A stretch of 27,620 nucleotides of DNA from Macrostomum lignano (lineage: Eukaryota), in NCBI GenBank assembly GCA_002269645.1, contig NIVC01005055.1, positions 1 through 27,620 of the forward strand. The letters are read 5' to 3'. A program made the position numbers and the translations under genes. The notes beneath the pieces are model-generated. The model saw only the letters and a list, made by a program, of their open reading frames with translations. It was not told the origin of the DNA and made no database searches. This document shows positions 1 through 10,673 of the stretch, in pieces. Positions within the stretch are counted from its first letter, which is position 1. The number at the start of each line of letters is the position of its first letter.

Positions 1-26
1 GACTGAATTTCACGATCGGTCCTCGG

Positions 27-262
27 TGTTGTGTTCTAATTAACACAGAGAGTTTCTTGATTGAAGCTTTCTCGGCGAGACACAAATCTCGCTCACAATA
101 TGTTTATAGAGGTGAAACTCCTACTTGCACGTTTCATTGCCAAATCGATACGCAATCACCTACACATTCTAGTCTGAGTACAGTATACGCCCACGCATTC
201 AATAAGGTCAATAGTTAATTGTCAGTGGTCAGTTCATTGCGCAAGCATTGTCAATCACAACA
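27..262 (-). mobile_element. Solo LTR (236 bp) inserted in the Gypsy integrase core
   Basis: Begins TGTTGTG, ends CACAACA (7-bp terminal inverted repeat, TG...CA); flanks ctcgg/ctcgc on + (imperfect 5-bp TSD); internal TATAAA on -; removing it rejoins integrase MDFIVGL to PRTDREIQ. Confidence 0.8.
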
Positions 263-600
263 CTCGCAAGCCCACTATGAAGTCCATTTCAGTCGCTGGC
301 CAACGCTGCCGACCGCCATGCTCTGTATAGAAGCGCCCGCCTGTGCTGGCCAGAATCCTTCATTGTCGCGCATTCGAGGCATGCAGCACACCAGTCAGTC
401 ACATCTGCTGTCAATCCAGGCCAGTAGAGTCGCGTCCTGATCTTTTCAATGGTCTTCTGCGGTCGGCAGTGGCTGCCGCTTGTTCCAGCATGAGCTTCGA
501 CAAAACATCGCGCTGTAGACTCTCTGGCACCAGCAGCTGCTGACAAAAGGCGCTGCCATCTTCGGATTCCCATCGGCGGCACAGCAGTCCGTTCACCAGT
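263..600 (-). pseudogene. pol: Gypsy integrase zinc-binding domain and start of catalytic core (frameshifted)
   Basis: ORF 289-582 EAHAGTSGSH...RLYWPGLTADVTDWCAACLEC; after frameshifts, MDFIVGL carrying the first DDE aspartate near 280. Confidence 0.9.
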
Positions 601-855
601 GTCAGCCGCTTAAACTCGGACAGCAGTTGCCGCTGCCTTCCGTCTCTGCCTTGTCCGGTGGTTGACTATCTCGCAAGCAGTTCGCCAGCTTCTGCATGCA
701 CCAATCCTCTGCCTGTGCTCGTCGAATCGCGCTGTCGTCATTGAACTCGACAGCGAGCGCAGAGCCACTGCACAGACAAGGTCCTTTTCGACACGGTCAC
801 CGACTGAGTGCGTCTACATTTCTATGTTTCTCGCCCTTGCGGTAGTCGAATTCGC

Positions 856-1985
856 TTAGTGTATCCAGCCACCGTGCAGCTGACCATCGGGATCTCGGAA
901 GCGCAGAAGATGAATAAGTGAGGCGTGATCAGTACGTACTATAAATCTCTTTCCCAACAAGTAGCTACGATAGTGACCGACGAAGTGCACAATTGCCAGC
1001 AGCCCACGCCTCGTTGTGCAGTAATTTCTCTCTGCTTTGGGCAGAATGCGACTGCCGTACTCCACCACCTGCGTCCTGCCACCACGGCGCTCTTGAAGAA
1101 CTCCTGAGATGGCCACGCCAGAAGCATCGGTATTCAGCACGAACTCAGCGTCTTCTGCGAATGTCGACATGATGAGGACTGGGCCGGAAGTAAGGCACTG
1201 CTTTAGGCGATTAAATGCTGCTGAGCATTCGAGAGTTCAGCTGAAGGTCACGTCCTTTTGCGTGAGCTTGTACAGCGGTTCAGCAATCTCACTGTACTTT
1301 TTAACGAAATGACGATAGTTGACACACAACCCAGAAATTGTCGCACTTCTGAACGATCTTCGGGTGTTGGCCACCCTACACTGCTTTCATCTTGTCCGGG
1401 TCAGTGGTCACGCCATCTTTTGCGACTCGGAAATCTAGAAATGAGATTTCCTGATAGCACAAGTGGCACTTGGTCGGCTTCAACTTCAGATTAGCGGTTC
1501 TGAATTTCTGCAACACAAGCTCAAGACGCCGCAGATGCTCCTCGAATCCTTTCGAAAAGATAGATGACAACGTCGTAAAGAAATGACAGGCATACTTCCA
1601 TCAGAGGCCCTTCAGAACGAGTTCCATCAGCCTTGAAAACGTGAAAACGTGGCAGGACCATTGCACACACTTGCGGTAGTCTCTTGCTTTGGAATAATCC
1701 CTGTGGCGCAAGGAATGCTGTTTTTGAGCGACTCTCCGAGTCCAGCATCACCTGGGTGTACCCGCTAGTGAAGTCGAGCGTTGAGGACATTGTGGATCCT
1801 GCGAGAGCATCGATCAGATCGCTGGTGTGAGGCAGTGGATGACTGTCTTTGACGGTCACGGAGTTGAGCAGTCTGAAGTCGTTCACGAAGCGCAAACTGC
1901 CGTCCTTCTTCACCAGAATTACCGGGCTCGACCACGGAGAATTCGAAGGCTCTACGATGTCGTCTCTCACCATCTGCTTGACCAT
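856..1985 (-). pseudogene. pol: Gypsy reverse transcriptase and RNase H (frameshifted, catalytic motif mutated)
   Basis: ORFs 1521-1985, 1376-1570, 856-1170. The YxDD motif reads FLYD (ttt ctt tac gac), i.e. first Asp lost. Confidence 0.93.
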
Positions 1986-2078
1986 CTCTAAAACAGCTAG
2001 CTAGTTTGGCGGCGACAATCGGCGAGGAGGCACTCTGATGGGTTTCCCCGACCCGGTGTCAATTTTGTGGTCAAGTAG

Positions 2079-2963
2079 TCAAGTGCAACCCAGGTCGTTT
2101 GGACTTTTCGAGAACACAACCCGGTACTGATACAGAAGATCTTTGACACACTGAACTTGATTGGCTGTCAATTTTTTTATCACATTTGGTGCATACTCAG
2201 CGATCTGACCTTTCACTGACTCAACTTGCATTGACAACTCTGCATCGGCACCATCAGACATCGGCTCAAAAGTCCCCAGTCTTGTTCCGGGGTAAAATGT
2301 ATGCGACTTGGTGTCCGTATTGACATCGTGAACGGCGATGAGTCCTCCTCGCAACACCGAGAGGCTGCGCGCTCCACACATGACCATGGAGATGTCCTTC
2401 GAATTGTCAGGCTCAAAGATGCCGCACTCACCATCAACAGCTGCAGCTTACCCACTTGCCAATCTCGCTGGGAAAACGATTTCGTGACCAGCGGGCACGG
2501 TTGTCCTGTCTGCTACCTCAACGGCGAATACACAGCTACTGGCTGCCGATGACTCCATTTTTACTTGCTGACCGCACACAGTGAGCGTTTGGCGATTGCA
2601 GTCGATGACGCAGCCGCAGTTTGCCAGGAAATCTGCACCCAGCAAAAAATCCTTGGCCAGATTTTCGACAACCAAAACTCTTTGTCGAACCGTTGCCACA
2701 CTGAAACTTAGCTGCACGTCCTGCCAACCACAGGCAGCCAAATAGTTACCGTCTGCCAGCTTCAACTGCACCGGAGTCGTCAAAGGCAGGAGCCTCTCAT
2801 TCAGCTTGCAAAACAGGGAACTTGACATCAGAGACTGGGAACACCCAGTGTCAACTAGACAGCTGGCAGGGATACACATTGGCAGGATGCGACAGTTTAC
2901 CAGCATGTTTACTCCAGTGGCTGAGCTGGACACCTCCACGACTGGTTGCGCCGGGATTCTCAC
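2079..2963 (-). pseudogene. pol: Gypsy aspartic protease plus PR-RT linker
   Basis: ORF 2448-2963 CLVDTGCSQSLMS...LADG...DFLLGADFL, typical retropepsin; linker continues in ORF 2079-2387. Confidence 0.9.
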
Positions 2964-3666
2964 TTGCGGAACGGCACCCCGGCGGTCGCCGCTCCATCAA
3001 AGTTTCCCGACTTCTGAGTGCGAAATCTTTGAACATGGCCCGACTTACCGCACTTCCAGCATGGCACGACTCTGCGTCTGTCGCCGCTCTGACGATGATC
3101 CTGGTCCTTTGACTCCCAGCGACTGAGCTTGTTGTACAGCTCCTTCAGATACCGTTGAATTCCGACTGCAAAGGCTTCGGGAACCTTAGCAGCCAGAGCC
3201 GTAGCGGTGCCTCCTTGTGACTGTATCGATTCCATGAATCGCGCTGTTTCCCTCAATCCGGATAGAAACCGACCTTTGAGCAGCTCGTCCTTCGCTGTCA
3301 CTGACGTTTCCTGCTCAGCACTTGCTTTCGTTTCCATCACTGGAAAGTGCGCTTTGCCGCAACGATCAGGGCATCGGAGTAGTCTGCAACCGACTGACCG
3401 TCCTTTTGAGTCAGATTGAAGAACTGCGCCTGCAGCTCAGCAGAGGATGTTGATGGCCGAAATCGATTTTTCAGAGCCTTCTCAAAGTGGTCGTAGGACC
3501 GGGCAGCCTCCAAATTGCTGGCCGCTTGATATGCTTTGTCATCGAGGAATGACAGCAGAGCATTCTTGCGCTGATCCACTCGAAGAAATGATGCGAAATT
3601 GTTGAATCGCGCCAGCCAAAGTTCAAAGTCTTGTCCATGCTGGTATTGAGGCGGCCGCAAAAACAT
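2960..3666 (-). pseudogene. gag: Gypsy gag (two frameshifted parts, degenerate CCHC knuckle)
   Basis: ORF 3337-3666 (DFELWLARF...LLSFL...LKNRF...QKDGQSVADY) and 2960-3340 ending CWKCGKSGHVQRF (last Cys lost). Confidence 0.85.
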
Positions 3667-3782
3667 GTTGACAAAACTAGCTTGGGCTGAGTCACCGCCA
3701 TTGAAGGGCTTTCTGCACTGCCTTCCTTTTCAGTCATCAATGTAAGAACAAGCCAAGACGAAAATAGGCTTAAGGCGAAGAC

Positions 3783-4561
3783 CAGGGGTCGGCAACCTCC
3801 GGCCCGCGGGCCAGATCCGACCCGCAAAGACTTTCTATGCGGCCCGCGAACTTCCTTAATCTTAATTATTACAATCCGGCCCGCACTTTTATTGTAACTT
3901 CATTGTTTCTCCTACAAAAGTTTTGTGCACTAATAATGGGAAATTTCTTTCCTCAATTGCCAACTTTAATAACAAATTAGTTAACAATGAGACCCGAACT
4001 GATCGTGTAAGTGGCTGTTTACAAACTCTAGACAGACAGCACATCAGTTCAAACTTTCGAATATGGTATGGGGGGGGTAAAGGCCCAGGGGGGCAGATTT
4101 TGGAGGGTAAAGACCCAGGGGCGGATTCTGGAAGGTAAAGACCGACGGGGCCGATTCTGGAGGGTAAAGACCGGGGGTGGATTCTGGAGGGTAAAGACCG
4201 GGGGTGGATTCTGGAGGGTAAAGACCCATGGGGCAAATTTTGGAGGGTAAAGACCCATGGGGCAAATTTTGGAGGGTAAAGACCCAGGGGCGGATTCTGG
4301 AAGGTAAAGACCGACGGGCGGATTCTGATGGGTAAAGACCCAGGGGGCAAATTTTGGAGGGTAAAGACCCATGGGGCAAATTTTGGAGGTAAAGACCCAG
4401 AGGGCGGATTCTGGAGGGTAAAGACCCAGAGGGCAGATTTTTGAGGGTAAAGAAAGACCCAGGAGGGGGGGGGCGAAGTAATCGGGGGACGACCTGTGGC
4501 CCGTGGTCTTGAACTGAAAACCTCATCTGGCCCTCAAGTGGAAAAAGGTTGCCGACCCCTG
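3783..4561. mobile_element. Non-autonomous hAT-superfamily DNA transposon (779 bp)
   Basis: 16-bp perfect TIR caggggtcggcaacct / aggttgccgacccctg; 8-bp TSD gcgaagac / gcgtagac (7/8); subterminal ggcccg repeats; no transposase ORF. Confidence 0.9.
4070..4465 (+). repeat. G-rich minisatellite, ~31-32-bp unit (ggggcggattctggagggtaaagacc + variable), ~12 copies
   Basis: Direct reading; source of the repetitive ORFs at 3889-4604. Confidence 0.95.
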
Positions 4562-4581
4562 GCGTAGACCGACACTTGGCT

Positions 4582-4594
4582 GCCCAGGACGCCA
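4582..4594 (-). promoter_or_regulatory. Possible Gypsy primer-binding site (tRNA-Asn-like)
   Basis: Minus strand TGGCGTCCTGGGC resembles the complement of the eukaryotic tRNA-Asn 3' end (...CCCAGGGACGCCA) with a 1-nt gap; lies upstream of gag once the hAT is removed. No LTR-terminal CA next to it. Confidence 0.3.
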
Positions 4595-4729
4595 AGGCAC
4601 TCACTTATATATTATAATTGTAAAGCGAGCAAATATACATACGGGCTAGTAAACTTTCGCACCTGCAATCAACTAATCAAACCATCTTACACAACCAATA
4701 CGCTCATATATCTCGTTATCACAATGCAG

Positions 4730-5001
4730 AGGCCCTCGGCTGCTACAAAGACAACCACAAAGACCGCGACCTCGGTCAGCTGACGTCCAGCATCCTCATG
4801 AGCCACGAGAAGTGCTATTCGATTTGCAAGCGACTTGGCCTGAAATATTTCGGCGTCCAAGGCGGAGCGCACTGCTGGGGCGGATCGACCTACGGCAAGC
4901 ACGGCAAGGTTGACGAAAAAAAGTGTTCCATACCCTGCGAGGACAACGAGAAGCAGAGATGCGGTGGTTCGATATTCAACAATATTTTCGAGGTCCTGTG
5001 A
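4730..5001 (+). CDS. WSC-domain terminal exon of an upstream paralogue (earlier exons not in window)
   Basis: Acceptor atgcag|; ALGCYKD...EKCYSIC...[13 protein letters not shown]...KCSIPC...RCGG, intact to TGA; 264/272 nt identical to exon 8698-8969. Confidence 0.85.
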
Positions 5002-5537
5002 TGAAGCTCGTGGATCTCATTGCTGGTAGATTGCAGTTTTTTAGGTCTTACAGCTGGGAACCATCTTCTACTGAACTTTCTGACTAAGATTTTTTCAAGT
5101 TGAGAGCAGCTCTTTTTAGTCATTTTTCTTTTGAAGTAGCTAGCTAGCTAAAAATACGAGCGCTCGTAAGTAGTGTATATTTACGAGTACGTGAACTGTC
5201 TTACTTTCTCAGCTACAAATACAAGTGTAGACCATTAGAACTGTACGGTTTTTCATTAAATTGTGAATGGTAAAGAAAACCACACACATCATTTTGGCTG
5301 TCATATAAAGTTGCAGCAAGAGTGTAAGAACTTTTTCAGTGCATTGTTTTGTTATAAATACTTTTCTACAATATAGAGTGTTTATTTTTTATGTACACAG
5401 AGGGTTGCTACATATAAATATTCTAATTTGTCTTCACCATTGATATAAAATCTTCGATTTCAACAAGTCTATTTGTGTCGTGCTGAAATTGAAAGGCATT
5501 ATGAAAATATTAGAATTATAATTTTATGATACTGGCG

Positions 5538-5543
5538 AATAAA
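5538..5543 (+). promoter_or_regulatory. Putative poly(A) signal AATAAA of upstream WSC paralogue
   Basis: Retained at the equivalent position (9429-9434) in the diverged duplicate 3' flank. Confidence 0.5.
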
Positions 5544-6260
5544 GAATTAAATTTTATTCAATACCGGTTAATTTTGCTAATAAAAGTAACGTTAGCTAAG
5601 AATCAGTACAGGGAATTCATTAGAAATATTGGACAAACGACTGGATAAATATTGAAATATTGGTTACAATATTGGTAAATGTTGAATACTTGAATATACA
5701 TTCAGTGATCAGATGTAGATATAATGGCCGGTTCACAAAAACTACAAACAATTGAACGTCTAGGTGAAAATGTAGGATTACATTGATTGCTGCACTCAAG
5801 GAATATATGGACTTTAGCACTCGACGAATACTTCGACGTCGACAGATTAAATTGTCAGGCTCTCATATTCGGCTATTTTTTAAGAATTCAAAAAGACTAC
5901 TCCGGAGGAAGAAGAATTGAAGAAACGAGCTCGGAGAACCTTGCCCGACAAAAGCAGCTTTTCAACTCCAGCAACCAGCATTCGATCACGTTTTTTTTCA
6001 AGTTACGAGTCGACAATAATCAAGGAGTTCTATAATTATCCTGCTAATTATAAAACTCCTTGACTATAATAAGGGTTTATTTTTATTATCCCTGCTCACT
6101 CTTGGCCATAGAACCAAACTCTAGGAGTTAAATATGCAATAACGTCAATTGAGTTCGTCTAATTTGACTTCAAACAGTTAGCGTACGCTCGTAGCAGAGT
6201 GGGACAAAGAATCAGTTTAGAATTAACTTCTGTTCATTTTAGCATTAAATTTCAACAAAC

Positions 6261-7621
6261 ATGAGCAGAATGTCTCAACCATGGGTTTCACACTTGTTGC
6301 TAACAGTGCTGCTTCTCCTATGCCGATACGCCAGCGCCGTTAAACTCCACAAACCTCGGTCAGAAGTTCTCTCACTACTGGGCGAACAAGAAGGTAAGAC
6401 AATTCTTATTTACCGTATTTGTGGTGCTGTTTTGACACGAAAGAATTGATAAACTTGGCTGATATTCAGATGAAACTCTTGCCCAAGCCCTAACCCTTTA
6501 TTGGAGATTGGGTTAGTAAATTCAACACCTGTTCAAGCATTCTCCTCACTCTAAAATCTCGCATTCCCTTGTCACTAAATTACTTAAAATACTGGCTTAA
6601 ATTTACATTGAGACATGTTTATGCTACAATATTCTTAAACTATAGCATAAGCAGCAATAAAAACGCTCTTAAAAGTTAAAACCATAAATTTATCATACTA
6701 TGTCCAAGACTAAACATTGTCAAAACGTCATTAGTTCAGTTTCCAGAGGATATGACCACTTCAGAGATAGGAAATTTATTTAAATGCTGAATTTCTTGTA
6801 TTATATTTACATAATTTTTAAGTACATGCTTACTTCTTGCTAACAGTAAAACTATATAGTTAGCTACGTACTACAAGCTCGAAATTTAGCATTGTCAGTG
6901 GCGAAAACGACTAATAAGCCTTCCGACGATATTTGACATTTAAAGCTTTTAAAAGCCCCGAAAAAAACATGAAAAATCTCGCCACTACATTTCCTTCCAT
7001 CCACTCGAATCCGCATCAGGCCGACTGTACTTTGGCAACTGCGAGCAGAGCAGTGGACGGTCTTCGTGCGTCTTCGCCATAGACGAGAGCTACAATCAGG
7101 AGCCAACCCAGTGCGCCGTGACATCTCTGGAAGGCAAGCCCTGGTGGATGGGCGTCCTCGAGACGCCGGCGTATATAACTAAGATAACGCTGCTCAATAT
7201 CGATCAGCTGTATCGTTCTCACCCGGACGCCCTTCGCGCAGTAACCATTATGGCAGGTGATGACGTCTGCTTCCGCTACGAAAGCGACGAGTCTTTTGTT
7301 AAGCGTTCGTTTCCTTGCGACACCGTTGCGGACCAGATCGTCATCAGGAGCAGAATGGATTCAGCGGCTTTGACTCTGTGCGATGTCACAGTTTATGGCG
7401 CGCCAATTAGATTTCGGGGAGTTGTTGACGATGCTGGGTGAGCATTTAACTGACAAAATCAATACTTCTGTGTAAAAAACTTTTTGCCCTGAGAAAAACG
7501 AAAGAAGGAAATAAAGACGGTAATAAATAGCCAGAAAAGATTTATTTAAATGAACAAAAAACTGACATCAGGTGAGACAACTAAGAACAATCAGGATGGA
7601 TAGTGAGATCGAAACTAATAA

Positions 7622-7715
<94 letters not shown>

Positions 7716-7721
7716 CGTCAG

Positions 7722-7806
<85 letters not shown>

Positions 7807-7811
7807 CACAC

Positions 7812-7866
<55 letters not shown>

Positions 7867-7871
7867 CACAC

Positions 7872-7922
<51 letters not shown>

Positions 7923-8969
7923 CTAAGACAGACAACTCATTCCATAGCCATACGCTTTCCCGGCAGCCCTTTGCGAGTTCAGTGGTGCCAGCAGAGCAGT
8001 GTAAGCGGCAACGGCTACTGCGAGAACGCATTCGATGGCGATGCAAACAGCAACCACAATGCGCGTCCTTGTGCAGTCACCATAGACGAAGCAACGCCCT
8101 GGATGTCAGCCAGACTGGAAATTCCCTCTCTGGTGACTGAAATCAAAATTTTCAACCGAGCCGACTGTTGCGGCGATGGACTCAACCAATTTTTGCTGAC
8201 ACTTGATAATCGAGTCTGCGCGGATTACGAAGGTGCAACGTTCGAGTCGAAGTATTTCCCATGCAAGTTTTTCGGCGATCGGCTGCGCATTAAAAGCAAG
8301 AAAAATAGAGCCATTTCAGTCTGCGAGATGCAGGTCCTTGGCTACCCTATGGAACTTCCGCGAGATGCGAAATTCAGTAAGTTAGGATTCAAAGAAGATA
8401 ATGGGAAGTTAATCTCTAATAGTTCTCACAAAAAATTCACAAGAAAAACGTGTCTGCTCTATCCCACTGCTAACAAAGTGCCACTCCTCCCAGATTCTCA
8501 TTTACTGGGCCAGCCTCCCAGATCCTCAGTTGCTGGACCAGCCTCCCAGATCCTCAGTTGCTGGGCCAGCCAGCCTCCCAAATCCTCAGTCACTGGGCCA
8601 GCCTCCCAGCTCCTCAGTTGCTGAGGCCGGATTCTCAGATCCTCAGTTGCCAGCGATCCCAAATGCGCAACCAATATCTGTCTTTATCACAATGCAGAGG
8701 CCCTCGGCTGCTACAAAGATAACCACAAGGACCGTGACCTCGGTCAGCTGGTGTCCAGCATCCTCATGAGCCACGAGAAGTGCTATTCGATTTGCAAGCG
8801 ACTTGGCCTGAAATATTTCGGCGTCCAAGGCGGAGCGCACTGCTGGGGCGGATCGACCTACGGCAAGCACGGCAAGGTTGACGAAAAAAAGTGTTCCATA
8901 CCCTGCGAGGACAACGAGAGGCAGAGATGCGGTGGTTCAATATTCAACAATATTTTCGAGGTCCTATGA
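6261..8969 (+). CDS. Secreted protein: signal peptide, 2x FTP/F-type-lectin-like (F5/8C fold) domains, WSC domain; 410 aa
   Basis: Exons 6261-6393, 7020-7437, 7967-8376, 8698-8969; all GT-AG, phases 1/2/1 compatible, 1233 nt open. Hydrophobic leader [15 protein letters not shown]; [21 protein letters not shown] and [25 protein letters not shown]; WSC exon. Confidence 0.88.
7020..7437 (+). CDS. Exon 2: FTP/F-type-lectin-like domain 1 (no RxDCC motif)
   Basis: [15 protein letters not shown]...QCAVT...PWWMGVL...[10 protein letters not shown]. Confidence 0.85.
7622..7933 (+). repeat. (GACA)n microsatellite in intron 2
   Basis: ~75 GACA units with few interruptions. Confidence 0.98.
7967..8376 (+). 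CDS. Exon 3: FTP/F-type-lectin-like domain 2
   Basis: CQQSS...CENAFDG...PCAVT...PWMSARL...[12 protein letters not shown]...VCEMQVLG; donor A|gtaagt. Confidence 0.9.
8486..8652 (+). repeat. 28-bp minisatellite (cctcccagatcctcagttgctgggccag), ~6 copies, intron 3
   Basis: Direct reading. Confidence 0.9.
8698..8969 (+). CDS. Exon 4: WSC domain
   Basis: Same motifs as 4730-5001; phase-1 acceptor matches exon 3 donor. Confidence 0.9.
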
Positions 8970-9428
8970 TGAAGCTTAATGTTTTAGATTGTACAGCTGC
9001 ACCAACTTCAAATGCACTTTCTGACTAAGATTCTTTTATTTTGAGTTACGATTAGCTCTTTTGAGTTCTTTTTTATCAATTACGCTCGCAGCTACCCGTA
9101 AAAAGTATGTGTTTACGTGAAATGACCTACTTTCTGAACTGCAAATACGAGCGTAGATTATTTGAACTGTTTGGTTTTTATAAAGTTAGTATGGTAAATA
9201 AAACTACACATTTCAACCGTCCTATAAAAATTTGCAGTAGGAGCTAGCGTAAGAAACTTGTCAGCCCATTGTTGCTTTATAAATATACAATAGAGAGTGT
9301 TCATATTTAATGTACACAGCGGTGTGTTATTGATATAATTTTTTTAAAATATTTTTCTTCTCCTGCACAAATTTTCTAACAGTTTGCTTGTATGAAAGAA
9401 TCAGGAACATAACTTTATGATACTGGAG

Positions 9429-9434
9429 AATAAA
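9429..9434 (+). promoter_or_regulatory. Putative poly(A) signal AATAAA
   Basis: Conserved with 5538-5543. Confidence 0.5.
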
Positions 9435-9892
9435 TAATAACTTTTATTTAGTACCTGTTTGTTTTTCTAATAATTGTAACTTTTGTCAAGAATTAGTACA
9501 GGAAATTAATATTTATGTGCTAGCCCTTATGGTTCCTACTGAAATTATCTCACCAAGTTGCTGCAGTTCTTTAGTTCTAATTTCTCTATCCTATAAATTG
9601 TCACTAATATATCTACTTTGAGTAGCGTTGGCAGCCCTAATCTATGACTCTTTCCTAGAGATTTCTAATTTCACACGATTTCCTAGAAACATTGCGATAG
9701 CGTATAGTGCCTGAGCGGTAAGACACTGTCTAATTCCCTAGTTCTGTCCGAAAGTCTAGCATTTTCCGGGGATCAAGGGTGTCCAGCGGTAACTAATCTA
9801 CTTCCCTAATACCTAATCTCTTAATGCCTATTATTGGCCTGTACGGCTTTCTTAGGATCTGTACGATCTCGATCTCCCTACTCAGGTTCTAT

Positions 9893-10059
9893 TCTTGGGT
9901 CTCCACGACCTCTGGTTTCCTAATCAGATCCTTAGTTCTGGGTCTCCACGACCTTTGGTTTTCCCTATCTAGAGTCCTGGTTTTGGGTCTCCACGACCTC
10001 TGGTTTCCCTATCTAGAGTCCTGGTTTTGGGTCTCCACGACCTCTGGTTTCCCTATCTT
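9893..10059 (+). repeat. ~44-bp minisatellite (gggtctccacgacctctggtttccctatctagagtcctggtttt), ~4 copies
   Basis: Direct reading; lies within an insertion absent from the paralogous flank. Confidence 0.9.
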
Positions 10060-10673
10060 ATGAAAGAAATAACGAGATAAGCTTAGCCAAATTTAGATTT
10101 GTTTCGCTAAAAGATTCTCGCAAGAATAGTTAAAGGCAAATATTGAGAACGATCGCCGAGGTTATATTTTTCTAGCGTCAACCTGATTCCTTAAATACAG
10201 AAAATTTGGGGAAGGTGGGACGCATTTTAACAATTACTAAAATTATAACAAAAGGATTTGATTTGTTTGGGGAAATTAAACAAATGTGGAAGAAAATTTC
10301 TGATTGGCTGTGATTAAAACTCGGGTTTAACTACTGTTATAAGTAATATACAAAGTTTATAAGGATTCTGCCTCATTTAGCTATAATCAGTGCTACTAAA
10401 GAATTAGAATCACTGAGCATAAGACTGGATAATTATTGAAACCTTGCTTACATTGGTAAGTGTTGAATACTTGAATGCATATGCAGATCTAAATAAAATT
10501 GCCGGTTTACAAGAACAATAATTAAACGATCGAACTTCTCAGTTAAAATGTAAAATTTATATTGAATTGCTTCTTGTAAGCTACAGCTAGATTAAGTACG
10601 TTTGTAAACTTCTAACATTTGTTAGTGCACAGCGGTATTTTCTGGAATGTCATATAATATCAATTACATGACA

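Larger units (their letters stand above)
1..3700 (-). mobile_element. Degenerate Ty3/Gypsy LTR retrotransposon internal region (gag-PR-RT-RNaseH-IN), continuing off the left edge
   Basis: Minus-strand fragments in Gypsy order: gag (3337-3666), zinc knuckle remnant CWKCGKSGH, aspartic protease LVDTG, RT PSNSPWSSPVILVKKDGSLRFVNDFRLLN, RNase H TDAS...ERNYCTTRRGLLAIV...TDH, integrase H2C2 H..GSH...YWPG...C..C. Many frameshifts and stops. No 5' LTR identifiable. Confidence 0.95.

Noticed and set aside
3889-4604. Proline-rich ORFs of 107-186 aa
   Set aside because: Translations of the minisatellite inside a non-autonomous hAT; open in several frames.
7581-8046. SVCL/RQTD repeat ORFs
   Set aside because: (GACA)n microsatellite in an intron.
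9520-9900. CTA/TAG-rich composition suggesting RIP-like mutation (also 16130-16400, 22200-22500)
   Set aside because: A hand count (14 TA in 120 bp) is only slightly above expectation; RIP is not established in animals.
4070-10059. Tandem arrays as possible CRISPR
   Set aside because: Units abut with no unique spacers, no cas genes, eukaryotic context.
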